NCBI GenBank assembly: GCA_049999805.1
Contig: JBNGIO010005421.1
Span: 1-41,318, forward strand
Source of the DNA: Folioceros fuciformis
Lineage: Eukaryota
Direction of reading: 5' to 3'
Length of the DNA: 41,318 nucleotides
This document shows, one piece after another, positions 12,427-23,944 of this stretch (positions are counted from its first letter, which is position 1; the number at the start of each line of letters is the position of its first letter). The notes under the pieces are model-generated. The model saw nothing but the letters and a program-made list of their open reading frames with translations, did not search any database and had not been told where the DNA came from. The position numbers and the translations under genes were made by a program.

Positions 12427-13381
12427 TTCCGGAGGAATCTTTTGGAGCTCCGACGTCTCAGCACTGTTCAGTTTCGCACAGCAAAGTCAGACCCACCTTA
12501 ATGCAACCGAAAGACTTCATATGACAACAAGTTCACCAGGTATGTCCAGAGTTGAATCTCCACCTCCATGAAATACTCGACCTTCCCTTCTCCACCGACC
12601 CATTCTCCAGGCTGTCAATGTGCTCATCATCTTGTGTGTCAACTTGGTCCATGTCACCCCAACCAACCAGTTTCTGAACTCGGAAACTCAACTCTATGGG
12701 GGAGCTTCCGTGTGTCGCATCAAGCTATCGGCCATGGCACCTGATCTGTATGTACTCCAAGCGGCACCTCAGTGCAACCATCTCCACGAACAGTCTTGTC
12801 ATTTCCACCGCATCATCTTCCAGACACATCACAAAGAAGCCCCACGGGGTCGAAGAGGGAACGCCGCGCTGGTTGCAGTTCCACCCAAGTCCAGTTCTCT
12901 TGCACTCCAGCCTGCCACAACAAGCGAACTTTTCACCCCCATGCATCCTCCTTCCAGCCCAATTGCTTCCCCGGTTACAGATCCAGAGACGGGGGAGAGC
13001 CATTGTCTCAAACCCTAGAGCTGGGCACCGGGAGTTGGCATGAAGATGGGAATCGGACTGACCCAATCCGTCCAGAATCCAGCCAACCGCAAGACACCAG
13101 AACTGTTGGATCACAGCCAACTGTCAGGCGGTCTAGCCGGGTAAAGCCAGCCTCACTACGGCCGACACCAGCGGCGGTTATCCCTGTCCCCGGCCCCGGA
13201 ACCTGCAAGTACAGTAACCTGCCCGTCTCCTTGGGGGCCGCATCTCTGCTAGAAAATGTAAGAAGACTGGAAGTGTCAAGATAAAAGAAAGTAAGGTGTC
13301 GGTGTGTACTCAATTCTGTTTTTCGTAGAAGCTTCCGTGAAGCCGAAAGTGAGTTGGAGCTCGTGTTGAAGCTTTTTGGCG

Positions 13382-14260
13382 ATGGCGGGAGGGGTTGTTC
13401 TAGGCCCTGTGACGCTCGCCGCCGCCGCCTGCCCGGCGCCTTGCGTAAGGGAACGCACCCGGCCAGGCCGTTCGCGATGGCATTGCCGAGCGGCAGTGCC
13501 GTCAGAAGAGGGGGGAAACGACGCAATGACGGATGTAGGTCTGGACGATGTCTTCAGCTTGATTGCGCAAGCACAGGAGGCATTCCCTGATGGACGGCCG
13601 CCTGAGGAGCTGGTGGCGGCGGACTTGACAGCAACTTCCACGAAGCTGCGGCGGGCTTCCACTCCGGCCTCCCGTTGGTACAGCGTCTATGGCCGTTCCG
13701 TGCCTCCGTCGCAGGACGCGCGCTCTGTCTTCTACGGTCCTCGCAGGCCGAAATGGCCTGGCCCAATCCCAGCTTACCTGCGCGGGGAGTTTCCGGGAGA
13801 TTACGGCATGGATCCGCTCGGCCTGGCCCGAGACCCTGCCACATTCAAGCAGCTGAGAGGGAAGGAAGTCATGAACGGCCGCTGGGCCATGCTCGGGGTG
13901 GTAGGGTGCCTGTTGCCGGAGATTCTGCAGCCTGGTGACGGCGGGGTTTGGTTCATTGCTGCCAGGGAGCATTTTGCGAGTCATCCTGGTGTGCTGGAAG
14001 TGGGATTGATTTTGTTTCTGGTAGCTTCTGAGCTTGCGAGAGCCGTGGGGATTGAGGGCTTGAACGGGATTCATCCGGGTGGCAAGGCTTTCGATCCGTT
14101 AGGGTTCGGGATCGAGGATGAATCTAATGCAGAGCTTAAGACGAAGGAGATAGAGAATGGGAGACTAGCAATGTCCGCCATGGCTGGCCTGTTTGCACAG
14201 GCTCTTGTCACTGAAGTCGGGCCTATCCAAAACTTGATAGGAATTTTGCAGCGCAGTTAG
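13382..14260 (+). CDS. Divergent chlorophyll a/b-binding (LHC, Lhcb-like) protein, single exon
   Basis: Transit-peptide-like N-terminus; FYGPRRPKW, YLRGEFPGDYGMDPLGL, EVMNGRWAMLG, HPGGKAFDPLG, LKTKEIENGRLAM, Q...T..GPIQNL. Confidence 0.9.
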   Translation: MAGGVVLGPVTLAAAACPAPCVRERTRPGRSRWHCRAAVPSEEGGNDAMTDVGLDDVFSLIAQAQEAFPDGRPPEELVAADLTATSTKLRRASTPASRWYSVYGRSVPPSQDARSVFYGPRRPKWPGPIPAYLRGEFPGDYGMDPLGLARDPATFKQLRGKEVMNGRWAMLGVVGCLLPEILQPGDGGVWFIAAREHFASHPGVLEVGLILFLVASELARAVGIEGLNGIHPGGKAFDPLGFGIEDESNAELKTKEIENGRLAMSAMAGLFAQALVTEVGPIQNLIGILQRS

Positions 14261-14569
14261 CGGACGGGTTAGGTTTCCGGTGATTACTTGTAGATAATGT
14301 CTTGGGGATGGATGACATGGACGAAAGCTATCAACAAGCATTTTGCTTCTACAGATGGGGTGCAGAGTAGGTGAGTGCAGGCCCCGCTGTTGGATTTCGG
14401 CACAACGGATCTGTCAACATATCTTATTCCAGTCTTCGGTCTTGTTAGTGAAGAGACAGGTAACAAGCTGTTCGCTAAGAGAAAAGGAACGATGTAATAG
14501 GATGGAACTTTAATAAGTCTCCTTCCCTGTCTCCACAGGACGAGTATCCACACTTACACATGCCCCGCA

Positions 14570-15700
14570 AGAGGCACACAAACATCACAGAATTAGGTGC
14601 AGCCATCTCTGCTCACATAGCACTGAACAATCGCAGGGTTTCCTGGCCTATGCCCTGGTGGAAGAACCCTGCTATCATGACATCGCAGTTCACGTTACCA
14701 ATTCCTTCCCACAAAGTCCATGGAGGATTCGCTGGGCAACTTCCAAGCTCCCGCTCTTTGCATACATGTCCACCAAGCCCTACAGACAAACAAATCTGGC
14801 TCAACGCCACTGGCCACACATCTGCATGCACCTGTTGCCCAGTTTCCAAAGTTTAATCCCCTTGCACAAGCTCGAACGGCCGCCACAAACACATGACCAT
14901 CTGGCTTTACGTTGAGCCCCAGCATCCGATGATACAGCTGTATGCCTGCTTCTCTTCTCCATACTTCACATACGCAGAAATGGTGGAAGACTACATGAAG
15001 CCATCAGGTACAGCTACCTACCATTGCAAACACATTAAATTTGTGATGAATACACTCGCAGGATGTGATTGCACAGGGAAGTATTCGACTAGCACCCGAT
15101 ACTCACCTTGAAAGCATGGACTCTGCGACCTAAAACAATATCCCTCTTCATCACAAATTTTCCTCAACACCATGAAAGACAGATCTCGAAATATAACGCC
15201 CTCCTCCCTATTTGCACCATATCACCCAAAGCCTTAGCAGCTTCTATCACACGGCCCCGCTCACAAAGCCTGCTTACAGTTTCAGCAGGCACGCCAATTG
15301 CATACCCTGCAGACCTAATCCTGCGAGCATGGGTCGCCATATTCCAGCTTCTGGCCACTGCCCCGAACTGGCTTTCCTGCAAAGGTGCTGCAACTCGTAG
15401 CTTCCGCGTTTGCCTTCAGCTGGTTCCTGGACATCATAGTCACGAGAGAGGAAGAAATTAAGTCAGTATCTGTTAATCCACCAGGTTCTTCGGTCCAGGG
15501 ATAGATAAAGCCGTTCCCTCGGAGGATCCAGCTGTACTTGAGCGCCTTGTGCGTGACTCGAGACGTTTTCAGTCCGAGGGATTTGCTCTCCGGTGCGGTG
15601 GGGTCTTGTTTTGCATCCCAGCAACCCGACTGCTGCAGGGATCTCAAGCCAAAGCAGCTGCAGCTAGCATTGGATCCCCAGTGCCTTACATATGCTGCAG
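14570..15700 (-). pseudogene. PLS-type PPR pseudogene with degenerate N-terminal OSB-like PDF motifs
   Basis: Frameshifted fragments DRRTWWINR, AETVSRLCERGRVIEAAKAL, NHILRVY, VKPDGHVFVAAVRAC, VHAD, LVDMYAK. Paralogous to 23945-24980. Confidence 0.75.
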
Positions 15701-15869
15701 TGAACTGGTGAAATTCAAGATGCGTCTTCCGCACTGGTTAGCGACGTGAGCAGATGAAATATTGCAGTTCCCACGGCCGATTGTCTTAAGCTGCACAAGG
15801 CATGCTTTGCTGTTTGGCTGGTGTACAGCCTGCGTAGCGGGAGGCATGCAGGACTGTCCTGTAAAGGTC

Positions 15870-16440
15870 TTGGATTGAGTGGTCAGCAGGGACAAAAACT
15901 TGGTTAAAATCCGACCTCTGTCTAGCTGTCCTCCATCTCTGCCTTTTTCTATACTGACTATCATTGCAAGACCTTGCCGGTGAGTTGCTTTCACCCTTTC
16001 GTTCGTTCCTTCCCTGACTTCAGTAGACGCGGTCGCTGTGAATGACTTTGGACATGATGGTTCCTTCCCTGAGGTTCTCCACACACAGTACTGAGGCAAA
16101 AGTTTTCTAAGCTGCTGCTTCCACCTTTCCTTCCCTCCCCACTTGTCACCTGAGGACAGAACATGACTGTTGCTACACTGCACCTTGCAGGAGAGATGCC
16201 TTCCTTCACATGGAAGGTGGGTCTATGGACCGTAGGATCCCACCACCTGAGTTCTGCTCAGCTCAGCTTGGCTCCCAGCCCATTCATCGTCATCCCTTCC
16301 TTTGGACCTTTTTCCTCTGAAATAGACTGCCCGTCTGGGTTGCTTCAAATCCCACATTGTACGTACCTCGAAAATATACATCATGCCTGCCAAAGCGAAA
16401 AAAGTCAGATTGCGTATTCGAATCAGAAACAGTCTGTATG
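15870..16440 (-). pseudogene. Decayed paralog of the ROCO-caspase gene (COR end to caspase N-terminus); may extend to ~17230
   Basis: NERVKATHRQGLAMIVSIEKGRDGGQLDRGRI matches NERAKAGHRRGLAMIVSMEDHRHGGQVDRGRL of the intact gene. Weaker matches: IRNLTFFALAGM vs ARNLIRFNYDGM, and GGILRS vs EGIIRT. Confidence 0.8.
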
Positions 16441-18041
16441 ACGTTTCCTTCTGAATTGTGTGTGCATCAAAAGGTCTGCCTCCCGTTGTACTCAGGTGAG
16501 CTCAGCTATCGTAAACATAAAGGCGAGCACGCTGAAGGGTGTAGAGGGCGATTCGTCGGCAGAGCGTAGGGAAGGAGTACACAAACTACCGTCCACTACC
16601 CATACAAACTATGCAATTCTCCCATTCACACAAACTATACAAACTATGCAACTCTCCCATTCACACAAGATATGCAATTATCCTATTCAGTGTGTGTGCC
16701 AAACAAGGAGCAAACGAGGAGAGAAAAAACAGTTTCACCCTCCACATTGTCGGAAGACAAACCCTCAATTCGTGGACCCCGTCCGCCGAATGCTCCAGGT
16801 AGAAAGGGCCCTGTTCTGAATAAGCTCTAGTCCTCTCCACTTTCAGCCTGTTAGGAACCTTTCGACCTGAGATTGTCTGCTGGTCATGGTAGGGCGTAGA
16901 AGAAATTCCTTCTGCACTTCCTCATTTGAGCATGATGTCATTGGCATTGCCCCGGTCATGAACTTATGTTAGCCGTCAGTGGAGGGGTCAGGTATCCGAT
17001 TGGAGCGGTGGCAGTGCAAGACAGGCCAGGTCGAACGGGCCGTTCTGTTGCAAGGCTGGCATCCATGTTCCACATCTCCGCCCTACAAGAGCTCCAGTCA
17101 CAACACAACACAGCACTGTGCCTTTGGCGGGCCGGTACATCAGTCAGAAGGAGAGACAAGTTGGCTTGCTGACTGGCCAAGTTGTCTAACTTCTGCAGCC
17201 AGCCATCAGGGATGAGAATCTGCATTTGTGCGGCAACGCCTTACACATTACTATTCAGCGAGCCGAAATGAGTCGCGCAGCCCGGTCAATGAAACATCTG
17301 CCTACCAACACCGAGATACGCCACGTTCACAATTCCCCTTGACATCCAGCGCGATCGAGAACGTTGTTAGCCGCTGCTGAGCGGCACACGAACATTACAC
17401 ACCGTACATGTACACATGTCGGTCAGTGTTTAGTGGAGAGAACGGGCTTTATTGATAGAGGAAGAGAGAGAAGGGCGTGGTCCAGACCAGGATAATAGAC
17501 GGCGACAGCACCAAACCCATAACGTGCTACCAACCCTAATTCAGTTATGAAAAACCGCTGCGTGCTGCCTGGTATCACTGTGACACGAAGGCACAAGCCT
17601 CGACGCCAGTTCAGACAGGGACATGCTGTCTCCGCTTTGCTTTTGACTGGTCGGGAATGGAAGATGAAGCATACATCCTCACGCCAGTGTACAGAACAAT
17701 GTAAACACCAGAAGTTCAGACCCCAAACTTGGACTTGCTTCTTGAAACCAACACCTCCCAGGTGTGTACAAACACAGCACCATCTTCCCTCCCTACACAT
17801 GGCCTCCACGACCCATCATCTGATCATCCACACCATGACAAGACCCTGTGAGAGAACGTTCTTGCCGAACAGGCAGAGAACGGGAGGAGACGAGAGAAGG
17901 TCGGATCAGAAGCAGTTTGACACAACAACAAACAGGCAGTACAGTCTGTAGCTAGAGTGACACTTGATACCTCACACTTGATGGAAGGCAATACACGCTC
18001 CTCACGCTAGCCAACCAGGCATGCGTAGAGAATGGAGTGAT

Positions 18042-21000
18042 TTAAGACCAGTATAGCTTTCCAGTGAGTGAGCTGACGAACTGGGGACACTGCACGTTCT
18101 GCATTTCGGTGACGTCGCGAGTCACTCTTGTTAGAATGCTCATCACATCTTCGGTACGAGAGTGGTCAATGATGGCTCTCACGAAAGCTACGATGAAGTT
18201 TGTGCCTTCCTCCACATTTCTGAAGGATAAATCTCCAGGACTAGTAGAGAAGACGGTGAGAATATCTTTCGCCTGATACAAGGGTCGAGTTCTCTTGTTG
18301 AGACCCTGCCTTCCCTCAACCTCTGACCCCTTGCCTTTGCTGGTAGTGGCAAGGTCGGCGGGGCCCGACCCCTGTGCTTTCATGCTTTTGACAAGACGGC
18401 CAGTTCCTCGACAAGCATTTATGACAACCACCTTAGGCTTGTGCGCCAAATACTTGCATTCAGCGATGGGCTTCAAAATATCTTCTTCAACATTAAGCTT
18501 CTCCGCATTGTCTGGTTCACCTGAGAAAACATACTGCCTTCCGTCTTCATCAGTCCCACCATGGGCGTTCACGCAAAACAGAAAGCAGTCGTCTTCTGCT
18601 AGGTGCGGGACCCTGAGAACGGCTTTCAACCTTGATTTCCCTTCCTTAGGACCGTTCACAACGATATCTATATCAAAATTCAACATCTGGAAGAGAGCTT
18701 CAAGTCGCCCTCTGTCTACCTGTCCTCCATGTCTGTGGTCTTCCATGCTGACAATCATTGCAAGCCCTCTCCGGTGACCTGCTTTCGCCCTTTCGTTTGG
18801 ATATGAATGTTCCTTCCCTAACTTCAGTATGGGCGGTACCTGTGGCTGACTTGTTCCAGCTGAAGGGCCACTCGTTGCGTCGAGGGACGGACGTGGCCCA
18901 CACTGCTGCAAAGCAGACTGCACCTCTTCGCTACTTAACAGATCCCTGGCTTTCTCGTACACAAGGGATAGACCAGCTTCAGGCATTTCTGGCCAGCACC
19001 ATTGATAATCGGAGCAATCCGAGCCGGAGGAAGTCTGCTCTGCATGGCTTTTGTGATGATGTAGAAAGCAATTAATCAAATGCTGGTTGAGAACCGATTG
19101 ACTGTGTCGGTGAATACAGAGTGTGAGCTTCTCCACACACTCAGTCCTGATGATCCCTTCTACTAGTTCAACTCCAGGACTACCTTCAGGAGAGGCACAA
19201 AATGCTCTCAGTTCCGCAACAATACTCTGCTGGAGAAACTGGATCGTTTCGTCTTTGCTCTTGAGTGACCTCATCAAAATGTCCACACGATCCCCAATGT
19301 CCCCGGTCTCGTCCCGAATATCCCCATTGCTCTCCAAAAACACGTCCATACCATCGTAGTTAAATCTGATCAAGTTACGCGCAATGCTATACTGATGAGA
19401 CTGCATACCGCAGAGCGCATCGAACAAGATCTGTCGTAACTTGACCTGCAATGCACAAGCAATGGCCATGTCATAAAACGCAAGAGAGGTTGTATGACTA
19501 ACAAAAGAGACAGCTCAGACGGCAACGTACCTGGAATCTTGGAAAGCAGCCTGGACCGAGAAATGTCTTTGTTTCATCTCGGCATTGTAGCCGCCTGCCT
19601 ACGTAATTGTACTTGGACGCCGCACCACTTTTCCAGTCCAACTGTCGTTTCCCTTGAAGAGCTTTACCTTCGGCGTCATCCAAGGTGAAGGGAACGAAAA
19701 ATCCAGGCCTTGGATTCGCATCATCTCGATAGCACAAGTTTAGTCTCATCATCAATGATACCAAATCTTCAACACGAATCCTGTCGGCCACGTGGGTGTC
19801 CTTGAGGATCCGGGCCAAGGTGTCGTTGAGGAGGTCTTCAGCAACAAATCCACGGTCTCGCGATCTCCCCAAGGAAGGCTGTCCGGCTAGGCGCTCAATG
19901 AGATGGCCCAGGAACGAATGACTGATCCAGTGTGGATTTACCACCACAGCATCTGCATCTGCATCTGCATCTTGGAACCAGATGACCCGGCCTGCATTGT
20001 GCAGATAGGCAAGAATTGCTTGAAGGCGTTGCTCATCATCTTCTTCAACAACCTTTTTGCATCTCTCCTTGGTCACCAGAGGCTGACCTGGATTTTGAGA
20101 TACCCAGTGAGTCAAAGCAGCACTCAATCGATTGCACGCCTTCGGAACCCAAAACAGAGGAAGCGCAAACAGCTCTCGAAAAGATTGGAATAGCTCCTCC
20201 AGCAAAGGCTGCGCAGTCTGTTTAGATCGAGCATCCATGAAGAAAGGCGCTGTCCTGATAAGAAGTACCTCCTTGAAAGTCTTGGCCAAGTCTTCCACGA
20301 CTGGTTGCAGCAGACCAACCAGTAATTTGGCGTCCAGATCCTCCATCCGATCCTTATGAGTGACAACCACAAACACCCGAGGCAAACAGGAACCCACGTT
20401 GCGAGAATTGGAGTGGATGAATCTTAGCCAAAACTTGAAGCCGTTTCTGAACTTGTCCAGCAGCATTTCATCGGACGGAAGGGGTTCACCAGGCTTGTGG
20501 GCATCAAGTGGGTTATATGTGAACAGGAAGACACATGTCTGGTTGAAGCTGGGGAACAAGTAGTCTTGCAGAGCTCGGTAGTGAGCTTGTCCAGCCAGAT
20601 CCCAAATGGTAACTTCCATCTCGTCGTCGTTGCGCAGCACCTCGATTTCTATGCCTTCCGTTCTGGGGACAGTTCCCACCACCTGGTTGGATGATGCGGC
20701 TCCTATGAGTGAAACATCACCGAACCAGGAACCATTCCAAGCTAGAGACATTTGTTCCCACAATTGGACTTGGTTGGCGGATGCGGCGGCTCCTGTAACT
20801 GAAACATCGCCGAACCAGGAACCATTCCAAGCTAGAGACAGTTGTTCCCACAATTGGACTCGCTTGGCTGATGCGGCTCCTGTACAATGTGATGTGTGTG
20901 GTTGCGATGCGCGCCATGCGGTGATCATGGTGTTTCGGAGAGTGGTCTTCCCTGCGTAAGGTGCACCGCACAGGAAAAGGCGGCCGACCCTGGGCTTCAC

Positions 21001-22338
21001 AGCCTCTTGCCCCTCCAAAAGCAAAGGCCAGTAGGTCCTGTGACTAACATTGCGTGCCAACGTCGCGTTGATGATGGCCTGCTTTCCCTCTTCCTCCCAG
21101 TTTGTGAAGTCTACGTCGATCTTCTGTAAAGTGGTGTTGACCTGGAGGGACTGCATCAACTCTCTGAACAGCTCATCGTCGAGTCCCCAGCAAGACTGAA
21201 AGCTGAGCTTATTCAAAGATGTATTTTTCTCCAAAGACTGCACCAACGCTTCCATGAAAGAGGGCTCGTTTATCTCGAAGAAACTCAGGATGCGTAATGA
21301 TTTGCATTTCAGAAACGACATCGAAAATTCACTTAACAACTCGTCACCGTAATAGTCGTACAACGTAAGTGTGGAGAGGGTGGAGTTGTGGCGCCAGGCG
21401 TCCAGGCCGAACTTGACAACAAAACAGCTGATCGTAAGGTCCGTGATGCAATCGTTGGTGCGCAACATTCCGGCCAGCGCGTCGGCCAGGCCTGGCTCCT
21501 CTTTGTTCCCGATACGCAACGTCAGCTTGGTGACCCCAGATATGGGGGCATCAGCCTCAGCATCAGCACGGGTGAAAGCCAGTTTCAACACAGTGCTCAT
21601 GGGCCCCAGGCTGCCCTGTACGGAACCCCTAACTGCATCACGTTCATCCCGATTGCCATCATCCAAGTAAAGCTCCCGGAGCGAGGCACACAGCGGCAAT
21701 GCCTTTGCAATACACTGGGCTCCCGCCTCATCCACGCGGATGCCCCGCAGATCCAGGACATTGAGACGGGGAGCGGTGGCCAGCATGCGAGCCATGTGCT
21801 GTGCCCCTTCACCATCTCCCACACTGTTCCGGCTTATGTCCAAATACTCCAGGACAGAATCCTGGTTGAAGCCATCGACCAGGGCACCAAGTCCAGCGGC
21901 ATCAAGCCTGATCACGCTTGCCTTCAGCTGTCGCAAGCTGCGACTAGAAGCAATAAGCTGGCCCAGGGCCTTGCAACCCGCCAGCCTTCCAAAACCTTCG
22001 CAATCATCCAGATCAAGAGCTTCAAGGGAAGGGTTGGATGCCAGGCCCTCCAACAGAACCGCGCATTCATCCTCCCGACCGATGCCGGTTTCCCACCGTT
22101 CAGATATCTTCAGGCGGCCGCGGAGACTGCGGCACTGGCCAATAGCTGTCAATACCCGCTTGCGCACTCGCCAGTGCCTGCCATCCGTGCTCGTTGAAGC
22201 TCCCTTTCTGAAGAAATCGCCGTACTCCTTGTTGTGCAATTCGGGGAGTTTGGTCAAGGCGGGCCCTTCCAGATCTTCCAGCAGCTGTTGCAGCTTTTCC
22301 GGCAACTCGCGCCAGTCATAGTCCTCCTGCTCCGCCAT
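18042..22338 (-). CDS. LRR-ROC-COR (TORNADO1-like ROCO) protein fused to a C-terminal caspase-type peptidase C14 domain; 1403 aa; exons 22338-19531 and 19445-18042
   Basis: RI-like LRRs; P-loop GAPYAGKTT, RTEGIEI, IWDLAGQ, VVTHKD; COR (LAYLHNAGRVIWF, VVVNPHW, FFVP, GRRLQC, FPRFQ|VKL). An 85-nt phase-0 GT-AG intron joins the two ORFs. Protease motifs DCFLFCVNAHGG and KPKVVVINACRG, and small-subunit motifs FSTSPGDLSFRN, GTNFI, QCPQFVSSL. Confidence 0.92.
20690..20885 (-). repeat. In-frame 90-nt (30-aa) tandem duplication inside the ROC domain
   Basis: VQLWEQLSLAWNGSWFGDVS and VQLWEQMSLAWNGSWFGDVS; GAAACATC(A/G)CCGAACCAGGA occurs at 20711 and 20801. Confidence 0.93.
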
Positions 22339-22419
22339 GCTGTGCTAAGCTGCGCTTCCCAATGCAAGCAAATATGATGAATGGAAAGTATGTATCATCC
22401 GTTTTGTAGCAGGGGCAGC

Positions 22420-22720
22420 AACCTCACAGCACACACTCGAGGATTGCGACACCAGACAAGGACAGGCTATGGGACAGGCAACTCACAAGCACACACGCGC
22501 GGAGGGTTGGGACACCAGACAAGGATAGGCCAGCAGGCTGCCTCCCAACAACACACTCGAGAAGGGTTGACAGACCACACAAGGATAGGCTAGGGGACGG
22601 TGCCATCAATCTCACAGGACACACACTTGAGGAAGATCCCGATTGGAACACCAGACACGGATAGGCTAGGGGACGACCACCTCACAGCACACACACTGGT
22701 TAAGGATAGGGACACCCTAC
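22420..22720. repeat. Degenerate ~60-80 bp tandem repeats just upstream of the ROCO-caspase ATG
   Basis: Recurrent CTCACAGCACACACT...GACACCAGACAAGGATAGGC, about 4-5 copies. Confidence 0.75.
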
Positions 22721-23394
22721 AAGGTCTCTTCAATGTCTGAGACGAGACGGTTATGTGGTAGCCGGCAATAGAGCTGCCAGGTCTCACTCACTCTCCCTCC
22801 ACTCATCAGCGCGTCAGCGTGCGCGTGCTTGGCTTTTCCCCTTCCCCACGTCTCTCTCACTGTGACCAGTGGATATTCCCCCTCCATACACACTTATGCG
22901 CGCTCAGTATTTTATCAAAGCACACCTACCTAAGTGTGGCGGACTCACTGGGCCGGCCAGCATCGTGGACAAGACACGACACGACACCAAAGGCTAAACT
23001 TTTCTCAGCTGCTGCTTCCAACCCTCCTTCCAATTCTCTCGCCCCTACCCCTACTTGTTACAACACGACATGCACCAAAGATGCCTTCCTTTACGTGGAA
23101 GGCAGGTACAGTACAGCACGTTTGTGGTAGGACCCAGCACCTGAGCTCCGCTCAGCAAGGTTCCTAGTGCACAAGCGCGCACGTTCTTCCCTCCCTACGC
23201 ATAGCCTCCATGGGCCATCATCTGTTCATCCCCATCGGGATGCTGTGAGAGGTGTCTCTGGCCAAACAGGAAAGAATGCCAGGCAAGGGAGAAGTGACCA
23301 GACTTATCAGAGGCAGTATTTAATAGACCAACAACATGTAGTTCAAGAGCATACCTGACTCTTGATTGACGGCATTGCAGGCCCTGGCCACATG

Positions 23395-23920
23395 CTACTC
23401 ACTATAGCCAGGCATGACAGGAGTCGGGGGTGGTCGAGACCAGTACAGCGTTTTGGTAAGTGTGCTGCGCAACTCAGGACACTGATATTTCTTCTCATAG
23501 TCCCCGTCTTTGGTTTTGTCTTGGACCTCCTTGTCCGTCGCCTTGCCAATGACGCTTGTCTGAATGCTCAAGACATCTTCTGTTTCAGAGCCCTTCACTA
23601 TGGCGTCCATCAAAGCTATGATGAAGTTTGTGCCCTCCTCGACATCTCTCAAAGATGCATCTCCAGGACTGGTGGAGAAAACTGTGAGGCAGTCTTTCAC
23701 ACAAGACAATAGTCGCACTCTGTTTCTGACAACTTGGCTTCCCTGAACGTCTGACCCCTCGGCTTTGCTGGTAATGGCAAGGTCGGCGGGGCCCGACCCC
23801 TTTGCTTGGCTTCCCTCAACCTGACACCTCGGCTTTGCTGGTAGTGGCAGGGTTGGCAGTGCTTGACTCCTACGCTTTCATGCTTTTGACAAGACGCCCA
23901 GTGCCTCGACAAGCATTGGG
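23395..23920 (-). pseudogene. Caspase-domain paralog fragment (NACRG, linker, small subunit)
   Basis: NACRGTGRLVKSMKA* followed by a partly duplicated linker and KDCLTVFSTSPGDASLRDVEEGTNFII...QCPELRSTLTKTLYWS. The His-bearing half is absent. Confidence 0.88.
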
Positions 23921-23944
23921 TTGGGTTGGGTCCTTCAAGTCGGC

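Noticed and set aside
12620-13300. Several 115-170 aa ORFs between the KUP and LHC genes
   Set aside because: No motifs; they overlap in many frames in a divergent promoter region.
18042-19469. 475-aa ORF as a stand-alone caspase gene
   Set aside because: Its ATG lies inside a canonical 85-nt intron, and its N-terminus continues the COR domain (FPRFQ|VKL).
21371-22321. Long plus-strand ORFs (269 and 193 aa), and similar ones opposite the KUP gene
   Set aside because: Antisense shadows of GC-rich coding exons.
18042-22338. Animal or bacterial contamination as the source of the caspase
   Set aside because: The domain is fused to a plant TORNADO1-like module, has a spliceosomal intron, has local diverged paralogs, and is contiguous with plant genes with no gap nearby. 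Long-read confirmation is still advisable.
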